Below are positions 34,339 to 48,900 of a stretch of DNA of 64,000 nt, in pieces. The stretch is from assembly GCA_010093815.1 (NCBI GenBank), contig ML996584.1. One strand, written 5' to 3'. The notes under the pieces are model-generated. The model searched no databases. It was not told the origin of the DNA and saw only the letters and a program-made list of their open reading frames with translations. This DNA comes from Pseudovirgaria hyperparasitica (Eukaryota). Every line of letters begins with the position of its first letter. The stretch's first letter is position 1. The position numbers and the translations under genes are program-made.

Positions 34339-34703
34339 CTACTTTCCACCGCCGAGAGCGTTCTTAGCCTGGTCAAGGAGACCTTCTCCACTCTCACCAC
34401 TACCCTTGGTGGAGTCAGTGAGCTTCTGGCCGATGCCCTTCTCTCCACCTAAACAAGATGATTAGCCATGATCATGTACCTTGAGATGAGTGTGAACGTA
34501 CTGGGCTGAGCCTTGCCTGCTGCGTTGTCTGCACCTCCAGTGACGGCTTCGGTACCTTTCTCGAGCATAGACTTCTCAGAGTCAGGCTTGACCTTCTCCT
34601 TGGCCTGTGTAGTTGCGTCTTTGCGGCTAATGAGATGTTAGGCTGATGATCGGCAGGGTGTAATGGTAAACAAAGAGTGCACAACTTACAATGCGTCAGT
34701 CAT
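34339..34703 (-). CDS. HSP12: Heat shock protein 9/12 (Hsp12-like), 82 aa, three exons
   Basis: Exons 34703-34690, 34626-34502 and 34448-34339 (249 nt) splice to MTDAFRKDATTQAKEKVKPDSEKSMLEKGTEAVTGGADNAAGKAQPSGEKGIGQKLTDS...LLDQAKNALGGGK*. This matches the Hsp12 pattern D..RK...KPDS.KS...AG..QP. Confidence 0.9.
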
Positions 34704-37700
34704 GATGATTGATTTGAAGTTGGTTGGTTTGGATTGAAGTTCTGTGAGGTTGATGATTTAGAGAGTGGGATGAAGAGAAGTAGAAATTCCCAGACGGTCG
34801 AAGTCCTTTTGTATACGACCTCACCTCACACTCACACAACAGGAGCAATTCACTAGCGTGGACGTCATTCTGAGCACAGCCTGGAGTCAAGCAAGGCAGG
34901 CGCGTCGATAATTACCCCACCACCCCCACTACTAGCGCCGAACCCTGCCTGAGGTGTAGGTGTGTGTCTGTGTAACCATGGTTCTGTGGGTAGCAGCCAC
35001 GTTGACAGCAGAATGCCATGATATTGGGATGCCAATTAGCTAGCTGCTAAATCCCTATCCTGTTGTTCTGTCATCCGCCAGGAAAACCATGGAAAGATCC
35101 TAGAAAGTCTTAGGTCAAGGAGCCGAACTCCTACCAATCCATAGCTCGCATTCTCTCCTAGCCCCCCTTTACACGACCTGGTGACCGTCCTCAAAACGCA
35201 TGCTGGGATATTTGGAGAGATCGCTTGACATACGTACCTTACGCGTCATCGATATGTTTGAACGTCATCTGCTTGCCGTTGCTGACTTGCAAAAAGAGGT
35301 CCTCGTATATAAGCACTACTTCTGTTGTATGAGCATATCAAGGGATGGCAGCGTGTAATACTACTCCATGACGGTCTACGTCATAACTCAGGGAGGATGC
35401 CGGGTCGAACGGACGCAACTTAGAATGACTCCAGCGCTATTAATATTGAAAAGACACTTATTGATGTACAAGATCAAGGGTCGCTACCAGTCCTTTACTG
35501 CCTAAATGTTATATGCATCCAAGGAGATCCGACGCGGGGCATGCTAGTGGGTGTATTGTTGATTAAGGCGTATAGCGAGAGTGACCGTTGTCGAGTTGTC
35601 CGGCCTCAGTCTCGTTGCATCATCTGACATATCTACCCACCGAGATCTTGTACTGTTGCTGATGAGCTGTCGCAAGAATATTATCTCCCTCACTAAGCAC
35701 CATCCTCTTTCTGGATCCCTGGTGTTGACATCGTCAACCAATTTCCATCACACGAGCTTCCAGAAAACGTGTCCCAGGAACTCAGTATTCAGAGAGCCAA
35801 GTCTGAACATACGAGCTGCCCGAACATCCATGGCTAGCTAGCACTTCGGTCCGCCGTCACGTTTGAGTCATTTCACGCGCAATATCATCACCTGCTGCTC
35901 AATATCCTAAGTCTAGCTGACAGCGATTCTGATCGGTATGTACGCTCCATGATCCTTGAACGGCAGGGTAACAAAGTGGCTTCTGTGGATGTAGCTGCGG
36001 GACATCTTAGTGCGGGATCACACCGAGACTGCCAACCAGGATGCTTCAAAGACATTGGAAGACACAATAACAGCGAAGAACGTAGTCACACGGACAAAAT
36101 AAAACCCGAATCGAGCATCGGGAATGCTCGGCTTACTTTGTATCTTTCATCTTGGTAATAATTCGAGGAGGGTTATACCACGCTGTACGAGAAGAGAATA
36201 TCATCAGTCGAGATACCGTTGCATCTGATAACAGTATCAGTATTGTTTCGTCCTTGTATGTCGACCGGCAGCACTGTGATCCTTTACTTGATCGGGAAAT
36301 GCAACAAGAATTACAACATCGGCCCTGTTCCGAGGAGGAGCCTCTGGGGAAGCTCTCCGGAATACGACGATGTTTCTGAGCGTACGCGATAGGACCCTCG
36401 TCGATCTGAAGTGAGTGACATCGCATATGACAAGTAGAGCATTGACTGTTTAGCTCGCATGGACTACTTCGTCTAGAATCCCAAGTTTTAAATGACGCAG
36501 AACGACCACTTGCTGGATGTATCCGAACGTTAGAAGCCGGGTAAAAGGTAGGTATGCCAATGGGGAGTGAATGCGAAGCGCGAATGTGGGGTTGCTGTCT
36601 CTCCTGTTTCGAAAAGATAAGAGATCAAATCTGAATAAGTTGAACGTCACATAGTCTCAACTCGATGATAATGTCACAAGTGATGATTTGAAATGAATGT
36701 GCTGCTTTGGAATTGTGTCGCCAGAAGAAATATGGTAGTCACGTGCTCTACTGCCCCACCAGAAACCACAGCCAAGCTGATAGCTTTTTCTTCCATCCAT
36801 CAACCAACAAACCAACAACCTGGACTCCTTCGAGATTAGTGTTCGTCGCTTTAGGATCATGCACAATTAGCCTCCTCGTCTTCCTTGTACGAGATGACTG
36901 ATTCCCTGATGGGGGCCCTTTCTCCTTCTGTACATTGATGACACTGTAATGTCAGACTCACTCCACGCAAAAGAAGACCAATCCGAGCACTTCGGAGCAA
37001 GTTCCACATCCATTCACAATGTCAAGATCTCTGAACACACCAAGCGTCCTGAAGTCGTCAGTACACTATGAACACGACTCTCATCGGCGAAAATGGAGCA
37101 CCTCGGCTTCTGCCTTATGTATTACATTTCGACAACTCAACCGAAAGCGCTGTCGACATCCGGACCTTTGCTGCGATTGCTTTGGTGTCCAAAAGCTGAT
37201 ATAGCTGGGGACACATGTGCACGTGTGGTGTGGACACGCAGTTGGAGTGCTCGGCCGGTGCACACGAACTGGCACTTAGGGCATTTTGGTCGACAGGTTT
37301 CGGCTAGACCAAGATGTAGGTACCGATTGACCCTCGTGCGATCGCCTTACAAGTGGATCAATGGGGTAAGATATCCGATACAATACTAAAGCACATACCG
37401 ATGTCCCAGCAAAGACCGCTATTGAACTCGACCGATCTGTCAATGGGTATCCTACGCTATCTAAGACCACCTACTGGGGAAAAAAACTAGCAACTTCATA
37501 TATGACAGCAGACAGCTGTACGCGCAAAGCTCTATTTTCAGATACTCAGATAGCTTTACGAAGTGTTACATTTCATATACGATACATTCGTCCTGCTCAA
37601 CGATTAAACAGCGGTCATGAATTACTGCGAAGAGGATTCTGGTTCCTCAGTTCGTCGCAAACTTGATCCAATTGGACCCCGAAGGATGACCAAGCACCCA

Positions 37701-38520
37701 AATGTGGCTTTGCAACGAGGAAATTGAGCCGTACGGAATAGTTATGCCGTATTGAAGGTTCCACTAAAAGATGGGGTCGGTGTTCGTGTGGAACGCCTGA
37801 GGGTCTACCCAGAACCCACATCCATTCATAACGAAGTCAATTTTTAGCGCGGTGCGCCAGAAGACTGACATGGATGTGCTGGGCCTCCTGCCTGGCTTGA
37901 CCAAGATCAGCGATCCATGCCTAGTGCCAATTTGTTGGATATCTACTCGAGGGCAACGCAAAGCATAATCCGATTGCCACTTATATCACTTTTGCAGACT
38001 TCAGTCATTGCGTGGGTTATCACGTTTCAGGATATTTGATTCCACATATTCAATACAACCGCCTTGCGCTGCGGCTGTCGTAGCTCAACATCCAAAGTTG
38101 CGCTGTCGCCAAATCGCAAGTCCAGGATTCCCAGTGCGAACTCGTCAAAACCAAGTATCAGGGTTGCCACAGCGGACGAAATTCACACGTAGCCTTGCAT
38201 ATTGCTGATTCTGCTACGGTACTATGGTTCTGTTGTCTGCGACCAAAAAGCAGTCAATATCCGTGGTCCGTTGATCGCCAACTACACACATCAGGAACTT
38301 CCGAGCAGACGACGTTGCCCCAACCAGTGCTGGGCAGGCAGACGTTTGGGGAGCAATTGCGGCGGTCGACTCGATTCCATCATTCTGTGCTTAGCGTAAA
38401 CTATTACCGGACACGCTTACTACAACCTTCTGAAACGCCTTGGATTCTTTCCTTTGCACAGAACATCACAATTCCTTCCTGGACACATTCTCTGAAGTCT
38501 TCAGAAGGATTACCAAGTAC

Positions 38521-39941
38521 ATGGCCACGGCCGTGCAGCAGCCATTTCTTGGTTCCGCTCTCGTGCCCGGATTCCAGTCTGCACACACCAGAATGCCGAA
38601 GGAAACTCTGGGGGCTTCATCTTTCACTGGGAAACCTCACTCATACGTACGATCACCGGAACTGACTCAATCCGCATTACCAACTGCTTCAGCAACGAAG
38701 TCACAAAACTCTACTAAAAAGAAGAAGAAAAAGTTCCCTAAAGCTAAAGTACCATTGGAGGTGAGAAGGTCTTCATCGACACCCCACATGCGTGCTGCAA
38801 ATAGCGGCGAGACAGATGCGCTGTCTCCCACTGCAGATAAGAGACGCAATAAGTTGGGATACCATCGTACGTCAGTCGCATGCGGTAGGTCTCTCCATTC
38901 ATCTTACACATTATTAAGTTGAATGGCTTCTTAACGATTCTAGGGCACTGTCGTCGAAGGAAAATACGGTGCCTCCTTGCACCTGATGATCCACAGGGAC
39001 GATGTTCGAATTGTATTCGATTGAAAAAAGAGTGTAACTTCTTCCCTGTGGAGCAGGAATCAAGTCAACAGACTCAGAGCGCGAAGTCCGATGTGAGCTC
39101 GAGCCTACCTTCGGCATCCGATCCATCGTCACCTCAACATATACCGCCCAACGTTGAAGCGTCTGAAGAGTATCACCATTATAACTCTTTGTCAACTCCG
39201 TCCTCTGCTGGCTTCCGAGTTGGGCCTGATCAGCTGACTAATATGGAGCCCTCACGCAATCCCACAAGTAATTGTCACGGCCTAGTTTGTTGTATTATGA
39301 AACTGATTGCGAACAGCACCTTTTCCAAGTTTACCACATCAGACATTCCCATATCCTGACGCGAACGGCCAATGGAACCTCCAGGGTTTTCCGGGCACAT
39401 TCTTGCCAAGTAAGTCGCCCGCATGAATAGGTCGGTTGACAAGAACAATTCTTGTCAATGCCAGACTGCAAAATCTAATGTAGCTGAACAACATATAGCT
39501 GGCGGTCATACTCAACCTTCATCGAACGTGCATCTTGCATACGGTCACCAGGATCCACAGCACTGGAATTCTACACAAAGGTCGATGTCAGTTGGCGATA
39601 CTGTCCAGCAATCATTCCCACAGCAGCTTCTAAGTCAGTCGGGCTATGGCGACAGGCCACAACAATACTATCCTACTCCTCTGAATACGGATCTGGCTGC
39701 CTCAATACCCGCATCTATGTCTGGACCAATGACAGCACCAGTGACTATGGCTTCTTTTACCCAACCACAGTGGTCCTACACCGGTGGCCATATGCCGCCA
39801 TCAGTCGCTCATATGCACGATGGGTCGTATAGCGGTGGCTGGTACAACGACACAAGCAATCCACAGAAAATAGAGGAAGAAGGAGTGCCGGCAACAACCC
39901 ACTATCCTGGAAAATTTCAGATATCACCATTTCCGCGCTGA
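38521..39941 (+). CDS. Zn(II)2Cys6 transcription factor (short, no middle homology region)
   Basis: KRRNKLGYHRTSVACG, then intron ~38885-38943, then HCRRRKIRC...RCSNCIRLKKEC. S/P/Q-rich C-terminus with further introns at ~39268-39317 and ~39409-39463. Confidence 0.85.
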
Positions 39942-42900
39942 ACATACGCTGCATTCGAAGAAGATCGATCATCGTTACCCCACGGAATGTACGAACACCG
40001 TCTTGACGCACATGCTGGGATATTCTTGGGGCCTTGAGTTACAGCGTCGTAACCCCGCCTTGGATCACCATACAGCATACGGTGCAGTTCAGTTCCCAAT
40101 GGACAATGGACTCAATACAGCAATGTATTGCTACTCAATGTAAGTTTCGCCCTCGAAATACGGGCTGACATGGGATCTGATGGGTGCAAGGCTCGGCATT
40201 TTTCAAACCTTGTCTCCGGGAATTCACGTTCGAAGGAGGGACAGCGTCAATCTTGCAGCTTAGCTTGATTTGAGAGGGCGCACTATCACTCCACGCGCGA
40301 TCGACCGATTCGACGATGAGATGCCGACCAGGAGTGCATAATTTCGACATGGCAACTCGCTGATAACAATCTATCTGTATCGAAAGAACCGGCTGGATGG
40401 TCCTGTACATAAGTGTAAAGGTTACTGCTGTGTGGACGTCATCGCATTCCATTTAAGGTTTGCCAACTTCACAAGCATGACGCAACATTGGCCTAGCTGA
40501 ACTCTGGCACAACATAATGACTACGCCGACTGATGGAAGTACAGTCGAATGTCTTGGGTTCGTTGAGCATTGAATATAGTCACAATCCATGGTCAAAATG
40601 TCACTCTGTCGTGACTTGGTCAACGAGAGACATTACTTAATGCGTAAGAGACCTGATGGTCTTGATATACGCTGTCTTTCGCACTGTCGAGAGATTCTCA
40701 AGCGACAGGAACTGGGCTAGGACAACCAAAAACTCGTGTGGCTAAGATGGACTGGGTCAAGATGACTATAATCACACATGCAAAACCACACCAAGAAGTG
40801 ATGTTTCAGCCACGACGGGAAGCGGCATCTCGCGACAATGACGCGGACACATCCGTTTTGACTCGGAACACGAATTGGATGTAGGCAGCGGAGAGATAAG
40901 ATATCTATGCATGTGCTACAGCGTTCCCAAAGCATTAAAAAACCGGGACAGCACACCAATGGCAAAAGTCGCGGTTCTATCTTCAATTTGCCCAAAGAAG
41001 CACCAAATCTTACTCGTCCTTTTTACGTTTACAAACACGAGTGTCGCATCAAAAAGTAAGACTGCGCCCGCTCGCCATTCGTGTCGATCACAGAACCCGA
41101 GTCACTGGCACATACTCCACGTTCCCCTGAGCGCAAGCGCAGGCGCGGGGCTAAAAGGATAATGGGTCCACAGTCAGACCAGGTATACTGCTTACTCACG
41201 CCGCTTAGTCTTAGGTCTTGGTACACTCAAGTTATCAATCGTTCATCCTATTGCTAGCAAAAGTCTGTTCATTCTTAAGTAGCATACCATGCCTCTCTCA
41301 ACAGCAGTCAAATGTGTAGCAGCGGAGGCTGATCCTTCGACTCACGCGAAGCCGTCGTAGAACTCCGATAGGAACATCAGCCCACGGTTCTGATCTGCAA
41401 GGCACGTGGCAAAGTATTCTGTCTGAGCCTCGAAGCATAGCATACATATTAGGCACATACATACCAGTGATACCAGCATGTACCCAAGGCCGGTGTCTAA
41501 CTGTATATGCCAAGCCGGACAATACATAGGTTAATCATGTCAACGGTTGTTCAGGGGCCCAACATTCGTCCGCGAAGCCCGTCACACGCAAATCGAAGCG
41601 CAAGCGAGGAATGCCTCCGCCGCAACACCGGTCCCAGACATACTGACTGTGGCACAGTACAATCATCGCCATCATTCGAACAATCATGATGAACCAGAGT
41701 ACCACAAGCCCTTCTAGTTCTTACTATCACTATGCCCAATCAGGCAACTACTAGGAGCCACACATCTTTGTCCTTACGGCCACCGCCAGGCCACACAATA
41801 TTCCTCGTGTGTTGCCCCAAATCACTCCACGAGGATGTCACAAATGAAGCTTCAACCTTCAGAACTCAGGTCAAGAGCGATTGTTCGAGCGATGAGAGAT
41901 ATATTCAAGTGATAGTGTTTATGAACGATGTGCGCCCTGCAGACGCTCGAGCACAACAATATGGTTACATGGTCAAGCGACCAACATTAGCAATATTAAC
42001 AGCCAAGAAGCGGACTCACGATACAGTACCCACTATGAAGTTAGCCTCCCCATGAGAGTTGCATTTCGTGCAGACTACTGCAGCTAGTCCAATGCTTGTT
42101 TACGCCTACCTCGTTACATACGCTTTAGTGGCATGAGTTCGTTCTCCGTACTGTACATATGTGTCTCAGATACAGGTTCAGCCTTTGGGGTCGCGCTACG
42201 CAAAGACTACAACAAAAACCGAGACCAACCTCCTTCTGAGTGAAATGCAGAACGACTTCAAACGATCGTTCCCTCCACCAAACTACGTTTGTACCAATTG
42301 ACGCAGTACCACTGTCTACATTATAGTCTCTGTCTTCCGAAACGAATCCAATACACCGATATCCCTAATCATGCGATATCCGTGCTACCGACCATTGTTT
42401 CCGCCTTACATATTACCCCTTGTGCGTTCGCCAGGCTCGAGCAGCCGGTCAAGCAAAGATATTGACCCACATCATGTTCCCCATCGACATCTAGCGCCTC
42501 TCCCGCTGCTCCCCGCGGACGCTGAAAACGCTTGCATTGAGACTAATACGTAGCCTGTTGCCATGCTCTGTCCTTTCTAGCAACAACAGTGTTACTTTCA
42601 ACCAATCACCAAGCTCTTTATAAAACGACCCGGCATACAGAAACCTCTTAGACAGCTACACTATATCGGGCGATATGTCCGTGAAACGGCCCGAAGACTA
42701 CGCCAAAAACGACAGGGCATCGGCATCGCTTGGGTCCGATTATGTGTGATCGCAAAAGCGCACTAGTCCCCAAACCCGGCCGAGTATGAAAACCCACGAA
42801 TGCGCTGGAACGAAAGAGGGAATTCTCGCGGCGTAAAAAAAACCACGCGGTCCACGCCAGCACTACCCTCTATGCAGAGTTCCACACCATCTCCGTATGC

Positions 42901-45900
42901 CCGTCTAGGTTAAGGGTGTCGCGGCAGTGGGGCACTGCTCGCGCTCGCATTCTGATTGTAACTCTGGGCCCCACAGTTATATACATCGTGCCTCTACGAA
43001 CGTCTGTATTGCATAATACGACAATTCGTATGCCAAGTCCATCTGGGACATGCCCAGTCTGTCAAGACTCAAGAGACACCTCCGCTACGCCGCTGTGTCA
43101 ATATTGCAAAATACTACGATACCATGACCCTTCGATGGAAGTCTGATCCACGATAGTGGGAACGATGTGTCTCGAGTTCGTGACTGAACTACAACCTGTT
43201 CATGTAATTAATAGCGGCTACGAAACCAGGACCAGGGTTACGGCAATTGGGCATCTGTACATGCTGCCCTCGATCGACAACAACGAGCATAGGATCATGG
43301 ACGTGGACCTGGTTAACTCCATTAGTCCTCGCCATGCTTATGCCTGTCGGACGACGCAAAATGGCATGGAGGATTGTTTATTCATTCTGACAATTAGACA
43401 ATTGCCACTCGGGCTTCTCCGCATATGAACGATGGCCTTCTCCAACTTTTGATCCGTTTGTCCATAGTTACATGGGAAAGCTTGGCGCCCGATGCACGTC
43501 TATGCCACCAACACGCGTTTTTATATATAATTAATATTTTACGGCATCGTCGACAAATACTTATATACCTATTAAAATATCTATTATATATTAGTATTAT
43601 ATGATATTAGCTATATATTAGTATTTTTTTAACTATTTTACGCTATCTATTATACCTCCTAAGTAGCGTAAAGGTATTTAATTCGGATAGAATAACTCAA
43701 TAGAACCTCTACTACTACCTCCTAGGCTACGGCTACGTATATCTATATTAAAGGCGCTCTAGTATAGTATAGATAAGGTATTAAGGGCTACGAAGATAGT
43801 AGTAAGGCGTAAAAATATACCGCTAGCGCCCTCTAACGTACTCTTATCGAGCGATCCTCTAGCCTTACTAGGCGATATATCTAATAATACTAATAACTCT
43901 ACTTTAGTTCATAGAGATATAGTTAAGGAGGAGGAGAAGAAGGACCTATAGAATAATAACGCGGCTCTTAATAAGATAATATAGTCTATCTATATAAATT
44001 AGTAACTTAGAGTAGATAGTTTTAGAAAGATTATTAAGGCTATATCGCTAAAGATAGAAGCCCGGTATAAGTTTAAGAAGGAGTTATATAAGAAGGAGAT
44101 TTAGTAGTTAATTAATAAGGCTCTCGGTACTAATAACTAGCTATTTAAGACTTAAGGCTTTACTATAAAGCTCGGAATATCTAGTCGTGCTAGGAAATAG
44201 TTAATACTTCTAGACTAGAGTCTAGATAACTAGAATAAGCTTCTTACCTTCCTTAATAAGATCTATAGTCTAGTAAGAAAGGATCTACTAGAGGCTATAT
44301 TTCTTACCTTTAAGGATACTATTATCTATAAGTCTTATTAGCTACTAGAACGTAAGAAGGCTATAGTATCTAATCCGAAGTCTCCTACGCTATTACTACT
44401 TATTAGTATAGTTTCTACTAGTCTAGTATTATCGCCTATAGATCCGAATCTTAAGGGACGCTTAAAATAGCTATTTAAATTATAGGAGAAGCGAAGATAG
44501 CGAGGCCGTAACTAAGGAGTTATTATTAATAATATTTAGAGTAAGCTCTAGTATAGTAAGGCGATATATATAAACTACTAAGGTTAGTACTATAAGATTA
44601 TATTACCTAATAGAATACTCTACTATAAGGTGGATAAGACTATCTTAGAGCTATAGGCTAATAATATTATTAATAGTATTTAAGGCGTAACTAAGGATAA
44701 GCTATTAATAGACTTATTCTATAAGATTATCGCTCGACCGTGCCTAAGGAAGTCTTAAACTAGTAGTAGAACTAGTATCTCGTTAACCGCCGTTAACGGA
44801 AGTACTACTTCTATACTTAAGCGCCTTAAAATAAAGAGATTACGACGTAAGGAGGCTAAGTTAGATTATAAGAAGCGGAATACGAGGCTTTAAGATAAGT
44901 AGATAAGATAGATAATAATTAAGCGTAAGGAGACGGTGGCGAGACGTCGTTAAGATAATAAAGATAAGCTTACGTATACTTAACTACTTTATTAGATGGA
45001 ATTATAGTATTACGGGTTTAATTCTATAATACCTATATAGATATCTACGTTTCCTTAACCTTAACCTTAACCTCGCCCTCTATCTACTTATAGTTTAAAT
45101 TATTCGCTAACTCGTAAGACTCGTTATAAAATACCCCCTTAGACACGAGTTATAGAAACCTTTAGTAGTCTAGTATAACTAGGGCGTTACTAGGCGGATA
45201 TAGTACTATTAGCTCTTAAATAGCGTAAGAAGATAGAGACTCACGATAAGACGAGGGCTAGGATACACGAATTAAGACTATATATAGATAATAACTACTA
45301 TACTTACTACTATATTAAGGAGATAACTCGGCCTAGAACTACTTATTATAAAGCCGCGAAGATAGTAGGTATTCTACTTAGTATTCTACTAGATACACGT
45401 CTATACCTTCGTAAGTATAAGGAGTAACTTAAGGTAAGCGAGGCGGCGTCCTCGCTCTAGGCGTTTACTATAACTAGTATAACTAGTATTTAGATAGGGA
45501 TGGTATAGTATTTCTTAGAGTATATTTAGGAGTATATATTTATATATTAAGGCTATATGTATAAGAATAGGGTTATTGGATAGTAGTATAGTTAGATAGA
45601 ATAATAGGGTGTATTCTATTATAGAACGAATTACTACCAAACCCTTTTAGTAGGAATCCGAGAGTATATATATAAAGGGACGCTAATCTATCTAGTACGT
45701 AACTATTTACCGCCCTTCACGTTACCTTCTAACCCTATTAGCTAAGGTATATATAGGTCGGGTTCTAACTAAGGCTAAGTCCTAATAATTATCCCTTCCC
45801 TCTAGGAAGCTACCCTTAGCGACCTAGATTATTATCTATCTCTATATCCCTATCCTAAGTCTCGTAAGACCTTAGTTATTCTCTACGCTTTATCTTAGAT

Positions 45901-48900
45901 ACTTACTAATATTTGCTAATCTAAGATTTATATAAGCGTTTTCCTAATAAACTAGATTTTATCTATCTTAACTTCTTATATAGGTAAGATTATCTAATTA
46001 GGCCTAGCGTATCACGTAATATAATTAGATAAGCCCGGGTACTACCTATATTAAAATCTTTTCTTAGAAATATTCCTTTCTTTAAAAAACTTCTTAACTC
46101 TTTATAGAGTTTTTTAGATTATTAGATATATTACCTAATCCTTATAGATATAGATTTATATAGATTTACTATAATTTAGTACGATTTACATAATTTACTA
46201 ATTTTCGTACCATCCTTAGCTAGTAATAATATAATTCGTAATAATCCGTATAAATTAATAATAATTATAATATAGTTTCTCGAAATCTTAACGCTCTAAA
46301 GTAATTAGTATAGAAATAGGCGCCTTTAAATAATCCCTATCTTATATACGTTACCGATATATCGAAAGCTATTAATCTACTCTAACCTAGGCCGGGCTCT
46401 AATAATCTAGCTATATATTATTATAGTTATCGCTTTCTATCGTATATTACTTATAGTAGTACTAAATCTATAATATACGGTACTTATATAACTAAGAAGC
46501 GTTATTATTTATAGGTATTTAAGTAAGTTCGAAGAACTTTATATAGATTTACTTATATTAGTATAGATTACTACTAGGCCTCTAGTAACCCCTACTAATA
46601 AGGAGCGTAGTACTACCGATTATAATGCCTTAGAGAAGGCTTTCTACGAGCTATATATCTAAGGTAAGGGTTACGTCTAGAAGTATAATTCTAATAAGAT
46701 CCGTAAGGATTTATCGGAATCTACTATAGCTATTATTACCGCGATTACTAGGTAATATCGTTTTTCTTAAATTATTATAGATTCTTACTAATATATATTA
46801 ATCTCTATAATAGTACTAAAATCTCTACCACTTTGGACTTCTTTCTATATACCGGCGATATTAAAATTCCTAGAAAAGGTTCTAGTAAAAAGGCTAAGGT
46901 TCCTTCCTTACGCGTGCTAAAGAGCTATAAAATTAGGGAAGATAGCTCTAATCTAGAAGTTTCTATACTAAAGTTATATAGTTCTATACTAATTATTAAA
47001 TCTTTTCGCTAATTTATATAATTCTTAGCGTGCCCGCGCCGGTCTATCTCTCTCTATCCTAGGTTCTATCGCTCCGTAGGTTTCTATAGAGGAGTTTATA
47101 GCTATAAGGTGCGCTATATAGAATTTATAGTGTCGGAACGAAAGGCTAGAGACTTATATTATAAAGCTCTATACTATACTAAATAAGAACTAGCGGAAGG
47201 AATTAGATATAACCATCGCGGTAATTAGTACTTCTACTCCTACTCTAACTTAATCGGTTTAGATCTATACTAATTAGTACTAATATGTCTCTTTTATCTA
47301 GCGTTTTTGGTTTTTTAGTTTTAATTTTAAAGCGATCTTACTTCTTCTAGATAGATTAGTACGAGTTTATATAGATCTATATAGATCTTTATATTTTCTT
47401 TTAGCTTTCTTAATTTTATCTTTCTTTAATAATAACTTCTTTAATCTCTTTAGTAATCTATACCGATCTATACTAATCGGCACCGATTTTCGATGTCTAT
47501 TTCTCTTAGTGAATTATTTTTCTAAGTCTCTTTTTTAGTTAAATTTTTTAAAGTTCTAAGTTCGAACTTTCTAAGGAAGTTCCTTAATTCCTTAGAATAT
47601 TTTAAAGATCTATATCTCTTTTACCTTCTTCCTTTTAGGCGGCCGTTCTTAGCGCCGAACTATACTAAAAAACGTTAAATTACCGTACTTTAGTATAATT
47701 CTCTACAATTCCACGGCTTCCTTTACTAATCGCTACTTATATACTAATATCGCTACTTTGCTAATATTTATTATAGGTTCCTAAGTATCTTCGTTAGAAT
47801 TATATTCTTTCTAACGAATTTTATATAGCCACGTACTATCTTTAGCGCGTTACTAGCTAAGTATCTACTTAACTTCGTAGATATCTATACCTTCTTACGT
47901 AACTACTTTATGTAGTATCTATTCGGAATAATCCGGTAATAATAAGATATAAAATGGCTCGAGAAGCGTAATATAGAATATATTATATATCTTTAACGTA
48001 GGAGGGAGTTATAACTCGTACACCTAGTTATTAATTACACAAGTAATCTTATATAGACCTATTATTATATAGTTAAGCTTCTTCTTTAGCCTAATACTAC
48101 GAATATTCTTACTATTTAGTAAAACTTTATCCCTAATATTAAAGATTATAGGTTTTCTACCCTTATTATAGTGCGATTTACTATAATTCGTAGTATCTTA
48201 TAGTAACTTTATAACACTTCTTTACGTTTAGAATAGTTCTATAGTAATTTCTATTACTTTAACGTTAGGTTATTCTACTTTAAACTAAGTCCCTAAGAAC
48301 TACGTATTATGGTTCCGACCGAAGTTTACTTTAAACGGACTTACGTAGGTTAATATATATCGGCTGTTATTATACGCGAATTCCGCGATATAGACTAACC
48401 TTACCTAGTTATTCTACTTAAAGTTATAATATACGCGTAAATACGCCTCGACTATCTAATTCTACTACTCTATCTACCTATCTATTTATAGGTAGAACGT
48501 AGTACTAAGTTTCCGCTTAATTCCTAGCGTATAGTAGAAATCCTTCTAAAATTTAGATGTTATCTACGGACCTCTATCCGAAACTATACCGTTTAGTATA
48601 CTATAGAGCCGGACTACGTCACGGAGTAGTATATCTATAAGATCTAGTACTTAGATCGTCTTCCTTATAGAGATATAGTATAATATCTTTATAAATCTAT
48701 CTAGAACTACGAGTAAACTATTATAAATATACCTAGAATACTTACTTAGGGGTAGATCTATAATAAAATCTATTAATAATTCCTTCTATGCCTCCTTTAG
48801 TATAGGTAATAGCCTTAATTCACTATATGGTAAGTATCTATATACTTTTATATACTAGTAAACGTTATACGTTTTTACGTAGTCTTTTATATATTTATAA

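Noticed and set aside
43030..43146. 38-codon CxxC...CxxC mini-ORF near the RIP boundary (possible small effector or zinc ribbon)
   Set aside because: Too short, no signal peptide, and no other support.
45053..45073. Telomere-like (TAACCT)3
   Set aside because: Not CCCTAA. More likely a RIPed CAACCT (Gln-Pro) coding repeat.
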